Assembly: GCA_038826135.1 (NCBI GenBank)
Contig: JAWBON010000008.1
Coordinates: forward strand, 1 to 29,997
Source of the DNA: Candidatus Odinarchaeota archaeon
GTDB taxonomy: Archaea; Asgardarchaeota; Odinarchaeia; Odinarchaeales; Odinarchaeaceae
DNA: 29,997 bases
Direction: 5' to 3'
In this document: positions 1 to 9,261 of the stretch, piece by piece
Numbering within the stretch: the first letter of the stretch is position 1
Layout: each line of letters opens with the position of its first letter
The notes under the pieces: model-generated
Seen by the model: only the letters and a program-made list of their open reading frames with translations
What the model was told of the DNA's origin: nothing
The model's database searches: none
Program-made: the position numbers and the translations under genes

Positions 1-2
1 CA

Positions 3-74
3 AATAAAACAGATAAGGAACTGGTTTTCGACCCGTCTCGTGTAGGTGTGCTGGCTTTTAAACCGTTAAGATAA
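3..74 (+). CDS. Possible 3' end of an upstream gene (partial)
   Basis: Frame 3 is open from the window edge (NKTDKELVFDPSRVGVLAFKPLR*) to TAA at 72-74 and is followed by T-rich runs. It is too short to identify. Confidence 0.3.
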   Translation, partial: NKTDKELVFDPSRVGVLAFKPLR

Positions 75-180
75 TTATGTTTTTAACCTCTTTTTTTTGT
101 ATAAAATTTAAAAAAATACAGCTTATTTTGCGATATTATTAAATAGGTTTGTGATAAAATCATAATGTAGAGGAATAACT

Positions 181-714
181 ATGCCGCTCGATAAAATAGA
201 CCTCCAGATACTAAAAATACTACAAGAAGACTCTAGAACACCGTTTACAAAAATCGCGGATGATATATCTAAAACACTCGGAGAAAAAGGTTTAACCCAT
301 GAAGGTCAGAAAATCCCGGACACGACAATACACTTCCGCGTGAAAAAATTAAAAGAAAGCGGCGTGATTAAAAGATTCTCTATAAATATAAGTCCTAGAA
401 TCTTAGGTTTTGAAACAATAGCTATTATTAAAGTCAATGTAGGTGGCCACATTCTTAAAAAAATAAGTTTAAACAGAGCTGAGCGAATCTCAATACAGCT
501 CTCCCAGTCTCCTAACACTGTTTTCATCGGTATAGGACAGGACGGTGTTACAATACATGCACTGCTCATAGCAAGGGATAGAAACGAGCTTTTAAACCTT
601 GTAGAGAATCTTAGAAAAAACCCTGATATTGACTCAATAGAATACAATATATTTTCCGATATTAAAAAAGGGGAGGAAGTGCTTAACCCACTTCCCATAG
701 GGGAGGAGCTATAA
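181..714 (+). CDS. Lrp/AsnC family transcriptional regulator
   Basis: N-terminal LDKIDLQILKILQEDSRTPFTKIA...TIHFRVKKLKESGVIKRF is an Lrp HTH, followed by a RAM-like C-terminal domain. SD-like GAGG lies upstream of the ATG. Confidence 0.88.
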   Translation: MPLDKIDLQILKILQEDSRTPFTKIADDISKTLGEKGLTHEGQKIPDTTIHFRVKKLKESGVIKRFSINISPRILGFETIAIIKVNVGGHILKKISLNRAERISIQLSQSPNTVFIGIGQDGVTIHALLIARDRNELLNLVENLRKNPDIDSIEYNIFSDIKKGEEVLNPLPIGEEL

Positions 715-1455
715 TTGGAAGATGAAATAACATTTAACCGTGTTAAAACTGGTATACCTGGATTAGACGGTATTCTACACGGAGGCTTCATAAGAGGTAA
801 TAATATTCTAGTATCAGGCTCAGCTGGAACAGGTAAAACCATACTATGCCTTCAATACCTCGTCTCCGGAATAATAAACTATAATGAACCAGGCGTTTTC
901 GTCACCTCGGAAGAATTACCCTCTGAACTGAGGCGTGAAGCTCTTCAATTCGGCTGGGATTTAAAAAAATTAGAGGAAGAAGGCAGGTTAATAATAATAG
1001 ACGCAGCCTCCGCTAAAGCAGGTCTGCCGACTGATGAGAAATTCGCTATAAAAAGAGGCCTTGACATAAATGAACTGGCAGAACAAATATACACGGCAGT
1101 CAACCAGATAAAGGCTAAAAGACTGGTGGTAGACTCACTCTCAGGATTAGATATAAAGATTAACGACCCTCAGGCTTTGAGAATAGCTATATTCAAGATA
1201 AGCGCTCTACTGCGAGAGCTGGGTGTAACCTCAATAATGACGAGTGAAATGATAGAGGAGTTCTCGTTCAGTAGATACGGGGTTGAAGAATTCATCGCTC
1301 AAGGCGTTATACTACTCTACTTGAAGGAGCAAGACGGTGAGTTAAGGCGCAGTCTTATAGTTCTCAAAATGCGATCAACCGCTCATTCACTAAGACGTTA
1401 CCCGTTTGAAATCACCAGTCTCGGCCTAGTTGTAATGCCTGGAGAGGAGATTTAA
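715..1455 (+). CDS. Single-domain KaiC/RecA-superfamily ATPase (archaeal KaiC-like)
   Basis: KTGIPGLDGILHGG, Walker A GSAGTGKT, the TSEE acidic pair, Walker B LVVDS, and LIVLKMR with the arginine finger. The TTG start directly abuts the Lrp stop codon. Confidence 0.9.
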   Translation: MEDEITFNRVKTGIPGLDGILHGGFIRGNNILVSGSAGTGKTILCLQYLVSGIINYNEPGVFVTSEELPSELRREALQFGWDLKKLEEEGRLIIIDAASAKAGLPTDEKFAIKRGLDINELAEQIYTAVNQIKAKRLVVDSLSGLDIKINDPQALRIAIFKISALLRELGVTSIMTSEMIEEFSFSRYGVEEFIAQGVILLYLKEQDGELRRSLIVLKMRSTAHSLRRYPFEITSLGLVVMPGEEI

Positions 1456-1501
1456 ATAACTGGTATAATAGAAATTAAGGGGTTTAAACATAAACTCTAT
1501 A

Positions 1502-2167
1502 TTGACGATCATATTAATCCTAACACTAACAGCCGCTTCTCTTCAGGATATATATAGAAGAGTCGTTAACGACCTGATTTGGTTTTTCGGCATATTTTCG
1601 GGGTTACTAGTTAATTTACTACAAGGCTTGAACCCGTTTACATGGGTTATCTCAATCCTTTCAGGATTAGCCTTAGCCTCCCTCAGTTTCAGAACAGGTT
1701 TCACATCGGGCGGTGACGGTAAAGCGATAATAACTGTAAGCGCTATTCAAACATCCAGTAACCAGCATCTCCTATTATATTTCGATATTTTGCCTCCAAT
1801 CTTCGAAATCTATGTTCTATTTTTATTCTCGGCAAGCTCTCTCACTTTATCAATATTAATTTCCAATTTAGCCGCGAATAATTATACCGATTTAGCTGGA
1901 ATCAAATTATCTCAAAAAATTAAAATCCTACTCTCCTGTGTCAAAATAAATATTTCACGAATAGATTATAATAAACACCTGGTGATTGAAAAAATAATTG
2001 ATAACCGGAAAATAATAAGCTTAACCCGCGCGCCGTCACCGGATACAGATATTGAAAAATTAAAAAACTATAAGCAACTTAGAGGGGAAGAGTTTAAAGT
2101 ATGGATTTATAATAAATGGCCGCTTATACCGTTAATCCTTCTATCATCGGTTATAAGCATCTTATAA
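1502..2167 (+). CDS. A24-family prepilin/preflagellin peptidase (FlaK/PibD-like)
   Basis: Hydrophobic protein with the two catalytic aspartate motifs (SLQD and GGDGK) and a C-terminal W..KWPLIPLI segment typical of archaeal A24 peptidases. The start could be ATA at 1490. Confidence 0.8.
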   Translation: MTIILILTLTAASLQDIYRRVVNDLIWFFGIFSGLLVNLLQGLNPFTWVISILSGLALASLSFRTGFTSGGDGKAIITVSAIQTSSNQHLLLYFDILPPIFEIYVLFLFSASSLTLSILISNLAANNYTDLAGIKLSQKIKILLSCVKINISRIDYNKHLVIEKIIDNRKIISLTRAPSPDTDIEKLKNYKQLRGEEFKVWIYNKWPLIPLILLSSVISIL

Positions 2168-2195
2168 TATTCTAAAGTTTAATCTCCATGAAAGT

Positions 2196-2477
2196 TCAAA
2201 CTGTGATGATAAAAGTGTATATAAGTATCCAAACAGCGAGCCAAAGCAGAAAGTATTGGAGTAAACCATTAGTTAAAAGCTTCCGTTTACCACCAACGCT
2301 CTCAGGTTTAATCTTAAACAAATATAAGCAGATAGGGTATGTGGCGAACATTACCCCTAATCCTATTCCAACACCAAGCCAGCCGACCACTCTTAGAATA
2401 CCTAATATGAATCCAACTATAATGCCTAAAAGCACCTTTATCCAAAAAACTTTATTCAAATCCTCCATCTGGAACAC
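2196..2477 (-). CDS. Small three-TM protein, Rab5ip/EMC6/OPTI-like
   Basis: VFWIKVLLGIIVGFILGIL.VVGWLG...ESVGGKRKLLTNG..YFLLWLAVWILIYT matches the recalled pattern of the RAB5IF(OPTI)/EMC6 family. The start may be ATG at 2468. Confidence 0.72.
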   Translation of the reverse strand: MFQMEDLNKVFWIKVLLGIIVGFILGILRVVGWLGVGIGLGVMFATYPICLYLFKIKPESVGGKRKLLTNGLLQYFLLWLAVWILIYTFIITV

Positions 2478-2591
2478 CGGTAAACCCCTATCGTAGTTTG
2501 TGCTTCAACCATTTAAATATGTTTTTAAATATACTCCCATTGTTCCTTATAATTTATATGTTTCACTTTTTAAACATACTCTTGGAAATAC

Positions 2592-4616
2592 ATGGTGTTA
2601 TCGATGCTACCTGTTAAAGACGGGATGTCAAATATAGATGTAAACGCGTTAATTCCACAGTTAAAAATAAAGCTGCTAGGCGCGTGGTTGAATAATATCT
2701 ATCAGCTTAACAGTATTTTCCTATTCAAATTCCGATCTGTAAACGGCGAAAACCTTACACTACTAGTGGAATACGGTAAGCGCATTCATTTAACAAGTTT
2801 TAAACGACCAACTCCTAAAACACCCTCACAGTTTACAATGATGCTGCGAACTAAAGTAAAAAACGCCAAGGTTACTGAGATTAACCAGTATGATTTAGAC
2901 CGGATAGTTTATCTTAAACTGGATAAGGGCGATGAACAATACACTTTAATATTCGAATTATTCGGCGATGGTAACATCCTTCTTTTAAACCGTTTTAATC
3001 AAATTTTATACGCTTTAAAGTATGTTAAAATGAGAGATCGAGCTATTCTACCTAAAAAAACCTATGATTACCCACCGCTGAGAGGTAAAAACCCTTTTGA
3101 AATAACGGTTGATGAACTTAAAGAAATATTAAGAAACTCCTCTAAAGACATTATTCACACGTTAATATCAAATTTAAATTTAGCCGCTGACTACGCTGAA
3201 GAGATTCTTATAAACTCTAATATAGATTTTAAAACACCTGCAAAAGAGGTGGACACAGAACTCGTAAACACGTTGATGAGCAACTTAAACAATCTACTGA
3301 ATAAGATTAAATCAGGTGAACTGGATCCTTGTATATTTTCTGATAGCGCTGGTAAAATGGTGAATGTGGCTCCTTTCAATTTAGTGAAGTACTCCGTTCT
3401 TAACAGGAAAGAGTTCAGTGACTTCAATGAAGCTCTAGACGTATTCTTCACAGAGTACGAGGCTAAAGCTATTACCACAACCTCCGAGGCTGAATTCAAG
3501 TCTAAAGCAGCTTCTCTTCAAAGAATTAAAGAGGAACAGGAGGCGGCGGCGGCTCTTCTTCAAAGCAAGGTTAAACTTCACAAAACAATAGGTGACTTAA
3601 TCTACTCGAATTATATGGTTATAGATGAACTTCTAAGAACAATTCAAGAAGCTAGAAAAAAGAAAATAGAGTGGTCGGTGATAATAGATAAGTTGAATAA
3701 AGCTAGAGAAATGAATATCCCATCCGCATTAATCTTTAAAACTCTGAAGCCGGATCAAGCTATATTAGTCGTTGAAGTTAACGGCGTCGAATTTAATCTA
3801 GACTTCAGGAAATCCCTAACCTGGAACGCTGACCAATATTATCAACTCTCAAAGAGAGAGGAGAATAAGCTTAAAGGCGCACTATCAGCTTTAGAGAAAA
3901 CAATCTCCAAGTTAAAACAGTTAGAAGGTGAATCTAAAGAGTATTCTAAACCTGAACCAATTAAAAAAACTAGGAAGAAAGAATGGTATGAGAGATTCAG
4001 ATGGTTTATAACCTCAGATAATTTCTTAGTGGTCGGAGGTAGAGATGCTAAGTCGAACGAGACACTTATAAAAAAATTCACGGAGAAAAATGATATTGTT
4101 TTTCATGCAGACATTCACGGAGCGCCTATAGTGGTTCTTAAATCAGGAGGTAAAAACCCTTCTGAAACAGCGTTAAAAGAAGCAGCTCAATTCGCAGCCT
4201 CGTATTCAAGTGCTTGGAGTAAAGGCGCCGGTGGTGTGGACGTTTATTATATCAAGCCGGAGCAAATATCCTTCTCCCCGCCTAGTGGACAGTACCTGCC
4301 AAAAGGTTCATTCATCATAAACGGGCCTAGAAACTATGTTCGAAATCAGCCGCTTAACCTTATGCTCGGTATCATCTTTAAAGACGGACATCCTATTCCA
4401 GTCTGCGGGCCTCCCACAGCTATTATGAAATTAACTAAAATAAATGTCCCCCTGAGAATCGGTGACTTATCAACCGGTAAAATAGCTAAAAAAATAAAAG
4501 AATATATTACGCGCATAGCAAGCGAGGAGGAACGGATGATTATTGAAGAACTATCCTTAGACGAAATTCAAAATATTTTACCACCAGGAGGCAGTGATAT
4601 CGCTGTTAAAATTTAA
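2592..4616 (+). CDS. rqcH: Ribosome quality-control factor Rqc2/RqcH (NFACT family)
   Basis: NFACT-N with a DLDRIV (DR) motif and IFELFGDGNILL, a coiled coil, and the NFACT-R signature KKEWYERFRWFITSDNFLVVGGRDAKSNE...FHADIHGAP. Confidence 0.92.
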   Translation: MVLSMLPVKDGMSNIDVNALIPQLKIKLLGAWLNNIYQLNSIFLFKFRSVNGENLTLLVEYGKRIHLTSFKRPTPKTPSQFTMMLRTKVKNAKVTEINQYDLDRIVYLKLDKGDEQYTLIFELFGDGNILLLNRFNQILYALKYVKMRDRAILPKKTYDYPPLRGKNPFEITVDELKEILRNSSKDIIHTLISNLNLAADYAEEILINSNIDFKTPAKEVDTELVNTLMSNLNNLLNKIKSGELDPCIFSDSAGKMVNVAPFNLVKYSVLNRKEFSDFNEALDVFFTEYEAKAITTTSEAEFKSKAASLQRIKEEQEAAAALLQSKVKLHKTIGDLIYSNYMVIDELLRTIQEARKKKIEWSVIIDKLNKAREMNIPSALIFKTLKPDQAILVVEVNGVEFNLDFRKSLTWNADQYYQLSKREENKLKGALSALEKTISKLKQLEGESKEYSKPEPIKKTRKKEWYERFRWFITSDNFLVVGGRDAKSNETLIKKFTEKNDIVFHADIHGAPIVVLKSGGKNPSETALKEAAQFAASYSSAWSKGAGGVDVYYIKPEQISFSPPSGQYLPKGSFIINGPRNYVRNQPLNLMLGIIFKDGHPIPVCGPPTAIMKLTKINVPLRIGDLSTGKIAKKIKEYITRIASEEERMIIEELSLDEIQNILPPGGSDIAVKI

Positions 4617-4716
4617 TAAACAAAGCCGCCAAATATTTTGAACAAACTATTCTTATGCGAAATCCATATAGCAAAGTTATAAATCAAGCCTAACCTATAA
4701 TTCTAAATGTTAAAGA

Positions 4717-5592
4717 GTGGTTGAAATGAAGATTAATGAAATTATGAAAACACCCGTGATTGTATGTGGGGAAAATGATACTTTAGCCAGAGTTCGAAAT
4801 CTAATGTTGAAACAAGGTGTAAGCCGTATAATAATTGTCGACGCTGAGTCTAAACCCGTCGGGCTCATCACTCAGAAGGATATTATAAGAATTTTAAATA
4901 AGAGTACGCCTGTTTGGAGAAGGAGGAGTTTAGACAGTATTACTGTTAAAAACTATATGTCTAAAAATCTGGTGACTGAAACCCCTGAAACTGATGTGAT
5001 GCGCGCCGCGTTGAAACTTAAGGAAACAGGCTACTCTACTCTACCTATAGTTAGCGAAAATAAATTAGTTGGTATAATATCAAAAACAGATATTGTTAGA
5101 GCTCTGCCGTCTCTAATAGATTCTAAAATCCGTGTGAAAGAGTTTATGAAAACCCCTGTAATCACCGCTAAAAAAACCCATAGTATAATGCATGTTTACG
5201 ATTTAATGGTTGAAAACAATATTTCAAGAGTGGTAATTGCTGAAAAAGGCATTCCAGTCGGCATTATAACAGCGATGGATCTTGTATTCTTAAGGCAGCG
5301 GGAGTTTATAACCGGTTTAACTAGTAAGGGGGAATCTTTAAGAGCGCCTGAGAAAATAAAACGCACGCTCTCTAAAAACCCTAGCACTGTTTTTGTATTA
5401 GCTGAGGAGGTTATGAGCCGGGATCCTATAACAGTGTCTCAAAATCAGAGCGTGATTAAAGCCGCTGAATATATGACCTCTTATAACATCGGCGGGCTGC
5501 CTGTTGTAGAAGGCGACACAGATAAGCGGCTTATAGGTATAATAACTAAGCGGGATATAATCAACCATATGGTGGAGGTTGAAGCTAGATGA
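4717..5592 (+). CDS. CBS domain protein (four CBS repeats)
   Basis: Repeated M..PVI / GIIT..DI motifs. The real start may be ATG at 4726. Confidence 0.88.
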   Translation: MVEMKINEIMKTPVIVCGENDTLARVRNLMLKQGVSRIIIVDAESKPVGLITQKDIIRILNKSTPVWRRRSLDSITVKNYMSKNLVTETPETDVMRAALKLKETGYSTLPIVSENKLVGIISKTDIVRALPSLIDSKIRVKEFMKTPVITAKKTHSIMHVYDLMVENNISRVVIAEKGIPVGIITAMDLVFLRQREFITGLTSKGESLRAPEKIKRTLSKNPSTVFVLAEEVMSRDPITVSQNQSVIKAAEYMTSYNIGGLPVVEGDTDKRLIGIITKRDIINHMVEVEAR

Positions 5593-6386
5593 AGGTCACG
5601 GAGATTATGAATCCGTTGATATCTGTTGATAAAGACGCTCTTGTTAGCGAAGCTTTGAATCTGATGGATAAGCATGGATTAACCCATATATTAGTGACTG
5701 AAAAAAACAAGGTTATAGGTTATTGCTCAGACTTAAATATAGCGGACCGTTTAGGTTCAAGCAGGCTAGGCTCATTCTCAACTAAAAGCATTCACGTCTC
5801 CTCGGTTATGGCTTCCTTCAACCTCTTTATAGACAGCTCAACACCTGTTAACACAGTAGCTGATAGAATGATATGTGAGAGTAGAACAGTATATCCGGTT
5901 GGCGGGGGAGATAAAACTTTAGGATTTATTACAATGCATGATTTTGCAAAAATATGTGAGGCTTTAACAAGGGTAAAAATAAGTAAGGTCTACTCGACTA
6001 TAGATATCTTCGCAAAACCCGATGATAGACTTGTTAATTTAAGAAATATTTTAATTGAAAACAATTTTGTTAATGCAGCTCCTGTACTGGAGGGGTCTAC
6101 ACTAGTAGGTTTAGCTGACATCCGTATGATCGCTAGGAAACTATCCGTTTTCAGAAACACGGTTCCGGGAAAGCATCAGGAGGAAAGTATACGAAGACTG
6201 TTAGTGTTCGACGCTATGATGCAGAATCCGCCCACGCTTACCCCAAACTCTTCTATAGCGGAAGCCGCTAAGATATTCACGACTAAATTAATCTACGGTA
6301 TACCCGTATTGGAGAATGGTAATTTACTGGGTGTTTTACAAATATCTGACCTTGTGAAATGGGTTCGGAGAGAAATCAAATTTTGA
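5589..6386 (+). CDS. CBS domain protein (four CBS repeats)
   Basis: MKVTEIMNP..., LPV/IPV...G.L...D motifs. An ATGA overlap with the previous CBS gene suggests translational coupling. Confidence 0.85.
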   Translation: MKVTEIMNPLISVDKDALVSEALNLMDKHGLTHILVTEKNKVIGYCSDLNIADRLGSSRLGSFSTKSIHVSSVMASFNLFIDSSTPVNTVADRMICESRTVYPVGGGDKTLGFITMHDFAKICEALTRVKISKVYSTIDIFAKPDDRLVNLRNILIENNFVNAAPVLEGSTLVGLADIRMIARKLSVFRNTVPGKHQEESIRRLLVFDAMMQNPPTLTPNSSIAEAAKIFTTKLIYGIPVLENGNLLGVLQISDLVKWVRREIKF

Positions 6387-6391
6387 AAGTG

Positions 6392-7741
6392 ATGCTCGTG
6401 GTCTCAGATCTTTGCATTATGAACGCTAAAATAGCAACTGATCAAGGTTTAATAGAGGGCGGGTTAAACATCTCGAACGGGGTGATAACGAAAATCTCCT
6501 CAAACTCTAAGCTTGAAAAAGCCGTCTACACAATAAACGCGCATAAAATGATTCTCATCCCCGGAATGATCGACGCGCACGTTCATCTAAGAGATTTAAA
6601 GCAATCGAATAAGGAAACGTTTAGAACAGGCACAGCAGCTGCAGCTGCAGGTGGTGTAACCTCACTTATAGATATGCCGAATAATATACCCCCAACCAAC
6701 ACTTTAAACGCTTTGAAGAATAAGTTCACCACTTGCATGAAGGATATGCTTGTCAACGTGGGATTCTACAGCGGCCTGCCCGAGAATATTGAGGAGATTG
6801 GAGAAATCGTTAAAGCCGGCGTCTTCGGATTTAAAATATATCTTAACAATCCACCTGCAGAGATTAAAATATTAGATAAACAGGTTTTAAAAAATATAGC
6901 GAGAAAGATAGCGGCCAGTAAAAGTCGACTGCTTTTTCACGCTGAAATAATAAATGAAGAAGCAACCTCCCCCCCAGCTTCAACCAGTTTAGCAGACACC
7001 AAGATCGCAGATTTCTTGAAAACACATGATTCTGCAGCTGAAATAAAAGCGGTTAAATATATTTTAGATGCTGTAAGAGGGTTAGAACTTAAAGTTCACC
7101 TCTGTCACATTACACTCTCCGACTCGATTGAAATAATCAAAAATTCGTCTCATAGAAATTTTTACTCTATAGAAGTAACCCCTCATCACCTGCTCTTAGA
7201 CTCTGATAGAATTTATAAAATGGGCTCTATTGCTAAAACACTGCCGCCTTTAAGAAGCCGAAGCCAAGTTAACGCTTTATGGAAAACCGCAATCGACTAT
7301 GAGAACGCTGACATTATAGCTTCAGACCACGCTCCCCACGAAATCATGGAGAAGAACGTGGATTTTAAGGACGCTCCCGCTGGCATACCAGGATTGGAAA
7401 CAACCATACCCTTGTTATTTACAGAAGTATTAGAGGGCCGGCTGGCATTAAATAAATTATTGAAATTAATATGTTATAACCCGGCTGAAATCATGAATAT
7501 AAATAGGCGTGGTAGAATTCGCGAGGGGTATTTCGCAGATATAGTGCTACTTGACTGTGAAAAAGAATCCCGGATAAAACCGGATTTTTTCCTAACTAAA
7601 GCTAAATACTCTCCTTTTGAAGGGTTTAAAATTAAATGTAGAGTTGATAAAACTATTGTAAACGGTAAAATAGTTTATGAAGCTGACACTGGTGTTATTG
7701 ACAATGAGAGCGCTGTTATATTAAAGCCGGCTACTATATGA
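6392..7741 (+). CDS. pyrC: Dihydroorotase (amidohydrolase superfamily)
   Basis: PGMIDAHVHLR, AAAAGGVT...DMPN, FKIY, FHAE, HLCHI, EVTPHHL, ASDHAPH, and GIPGLET. The start is uncertain (6389, 6392 or 6398; the ORF track gives 6359). Confidence 0.88.
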   Translation: MLVVSDLCIMNAKIATDQGLIEGGLNISNGVITKISSNSKLEKAVYTINAHKMILIPGMIDAHVHLRDLKQSNKETFRTGTAAAAAGGVTSLIDMPNNIPPTNTLNALKNKFTTCMKDMLVNVGFYSGLPENIEEIGEIVKAGVFGFKIYLNNPPAEIKILDKQVLKNIARKIAASKSRLLFHAEIINEEATSPPASTSLADTKIADFLKTHDSAAEIKAVKYILDAVRGLELKVHLCHITLSDSIEIIKNSSHRNFYSIEVTPHHLLLDSDRIYKMGSIAKTLPPLRSRSQVNALWKTAIDYENADIIASDHAPHEIMEKNVDFKDAPAGIPGLETTIPLLFTEVLEGRLALNKLLKLICYNPAEIMNINRRGRIREGYFADIVLLDCEKESRIKPDFFLTKAKYSPFEGFKIKCRVDKTIVNGKIVYEADTGVIDNESAVILKPATI

Positions 7742-7751
7742 GAGTGATTAT

Positions 7752-8621
7752 ATGGTTGATGAAGGAGAGTTTTTAAAAGCTGTTAAAGAAACTATTAAAA
7801 AATCTGTTTTAGAATTGCCTATTGACGTTGTAAACGCTTTGAAAACAGCGTATGAGAAGGAGGATTCCCCTGTTGGCCGCACTATTCTTAACTCTATCTT
7901 AAATAATATAGAACTTGCTAAAAATCTCCGTAAACCGATATGCCAAGACACAGGTCTACCGTTATTTATAGTTGAGATCGGGAGAAGCTTCAGCGATTGT
8001 AAATTAGATTATGAGAGGATTTTAACAGAGGCGGTTAGAGAAGCTACGGTGGAGGTGCCTTTAAGACCTAACTGTGTTGATCCTTTAACTGATAAAAACA
8101 CTGGGGATAATACAGGTAAACTGGCGCCTTCTATAATCTATGAGTTTAACAACACGGACAGATTAACTATAACGTACTTCCCTAAAGGCGCGGGTAGTGA
8201 AAATCAAACAGGCTTATACATGTTACCCCCGTCAGCGTCTTTTAGTGATATTAAAAAAATTATTCTAAACCATGTTGTTGAAAAAGCCTCATTCTCCTGT
8301 CCGCCTGTGATAGTGGGCGTGGGTTTAGGTGGAGGAGCTGATATAGCGCTTACTCTTGCTAAAAAAGCTCTTACAAGACCTATCGGTTTAAAAAACCCTG
8401 AGCTAAAGCTCGCTGACATGGAAATTCAACTTTTAACATTAATTAATAAAACCGGGATCGGTCCGATGGGGTTAGGTGGATCCACAACAGCTTTATCCGT
8501 CCATATAGATTACGCATGCCGGCATACTGCTAGTTTACCTGTAGCTGTATCACTATTATGCTGGGCTGCTAGAAGAGCTCAACTAATTATTGATGGTAAA
8601 CATCGTTATAAAATAGTTTAA
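7752..8621 (+). CDS. Class I fumarate hydratase / tartrate dehydratase, alpha subunit (Fe-S)
   Basis: PICQDTG, KGAGSEN, CPPVIVGVGLGG, and HTASLPVAV..LCWAARR. Confidence 0.9.
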   Translation: MVDEGEFLKAVKETIKKSVLELPIDVVNALKTAYEKEDSPVGRTILNSILNNIELAKNLRKPICQDTGLPLFIVEIGRSFSDCKLDYERILTEAVREATVEVPLRPNCVDPLTDKNTGDNTGKLAPSIIYEFNNTDRLTITYFPKGAGSENQTGLYMLPPSASFSDIKKIILNHVVEKASFSCPPVIVGVGLGGGADIALTLAKKALTRPIGLKNPELKLADMEIQLLTLINKTGIGPMGLGGSTTALSVHIDYACRHTASLPVAVSLLCWAARRAQLIIDGKHRYKIV

Positions 8622-8627
8622 GAGGCT

Positions 8628-9215
8628 TTGAAAATGGAGTACTATTTGAAAACGCCTTTAGATGAGAAAACTGTTAGAGCGCTTAAAATAGGGGATATAG
8701 TTTATTTAACAGGAATTATTGTAGCGATGCGGGATAAGGCGCATGCTCGAGCTCTAGAATTGGATAGGGAGAGAAAACAGCTCCCCGTATCAATTTCTAA
8801 TGGTGTAATATACCACTGCGGCCCGGTTGTGAAAAAATTAAAAGAAGGATGGGAGATTCTCTCATGCGGCCCTACAACTAGTTATAGAATGGAGCTGTAT
8901 GAAGCGGAAGTGATCGCAAAATATAATATTAGAATGATCATAGGAAAAGGTGGTATGGGTGCCAGAACAGTTGAGGCGCTTGAAAAAACAGGCTGCGTTT
9001 ACACAACTTTCACAGGGGGGGCCGGCGTCCTAGCAGCTCAGCGCATTGTAAAAGTTGAAGAAGTTCACTGGCTTGATCTAGGGGTTCCAGAAGCGCTCTG
9101 GGTGTTTAAAGTTAACGATTTCGGACCTCTCATAGTTACAATAGATACTAAAAAAGGTAATATTCACAGTAAAATACAAAATAAAGCAGTTGAAAAACTC
9201 CGGGAACTACTATAA
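8628..9215 (+). CDS. Class I fumarate hydratase / tartrate dehydratase, beta subunit
   Basis: L..GD.VYLTG, RDKAH, YHCGP, GPTTSYRME, IGKGGMG, and LGVPEALW. It follows the alpha subunit directly. Confidence 0.9.
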   Translation: MKMEYYLKTPLDEKTVRALKIGDIVYLTGIIVAMRDKAHARALELDRERKQLPVSISNGVIYHCGPVVKKLKEGWEILSCGPTTSYRMELYEAEVIAKYNIRMIIGKGGMGARTVEALEKTGCVYTTFTGGAGVLAAQRIVKVEEVHWLDLGVPEALWVFKVNDFGPLIVTIDTKKGNIHSKIQNKAVEKLRELL

Positions 9216-9261
9216 ACCTTTAGTTATATACTTTAAATATTATTGATTCGTTTCATAAATT

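Noticed and set aside
306-842. Antisense and overlapping ORFs in the track (306-842, 2188-2496, 3191-3499, 3842-4081, 5196-5387, 5481-5675, 7748-7951, 8204-8419, 9500-9700, 12329-12514, 12711-12956, 13092-13328, 15811-16011, 17065-17322, 18891-19073, 21758-22240, 24290-24568, 24838-25062, 29169-29411)
   Set aside because: They lie on or opposite well-supported genes, are Ser/Leu/Phe-rich shadow frames, and show no recognisable motifs.
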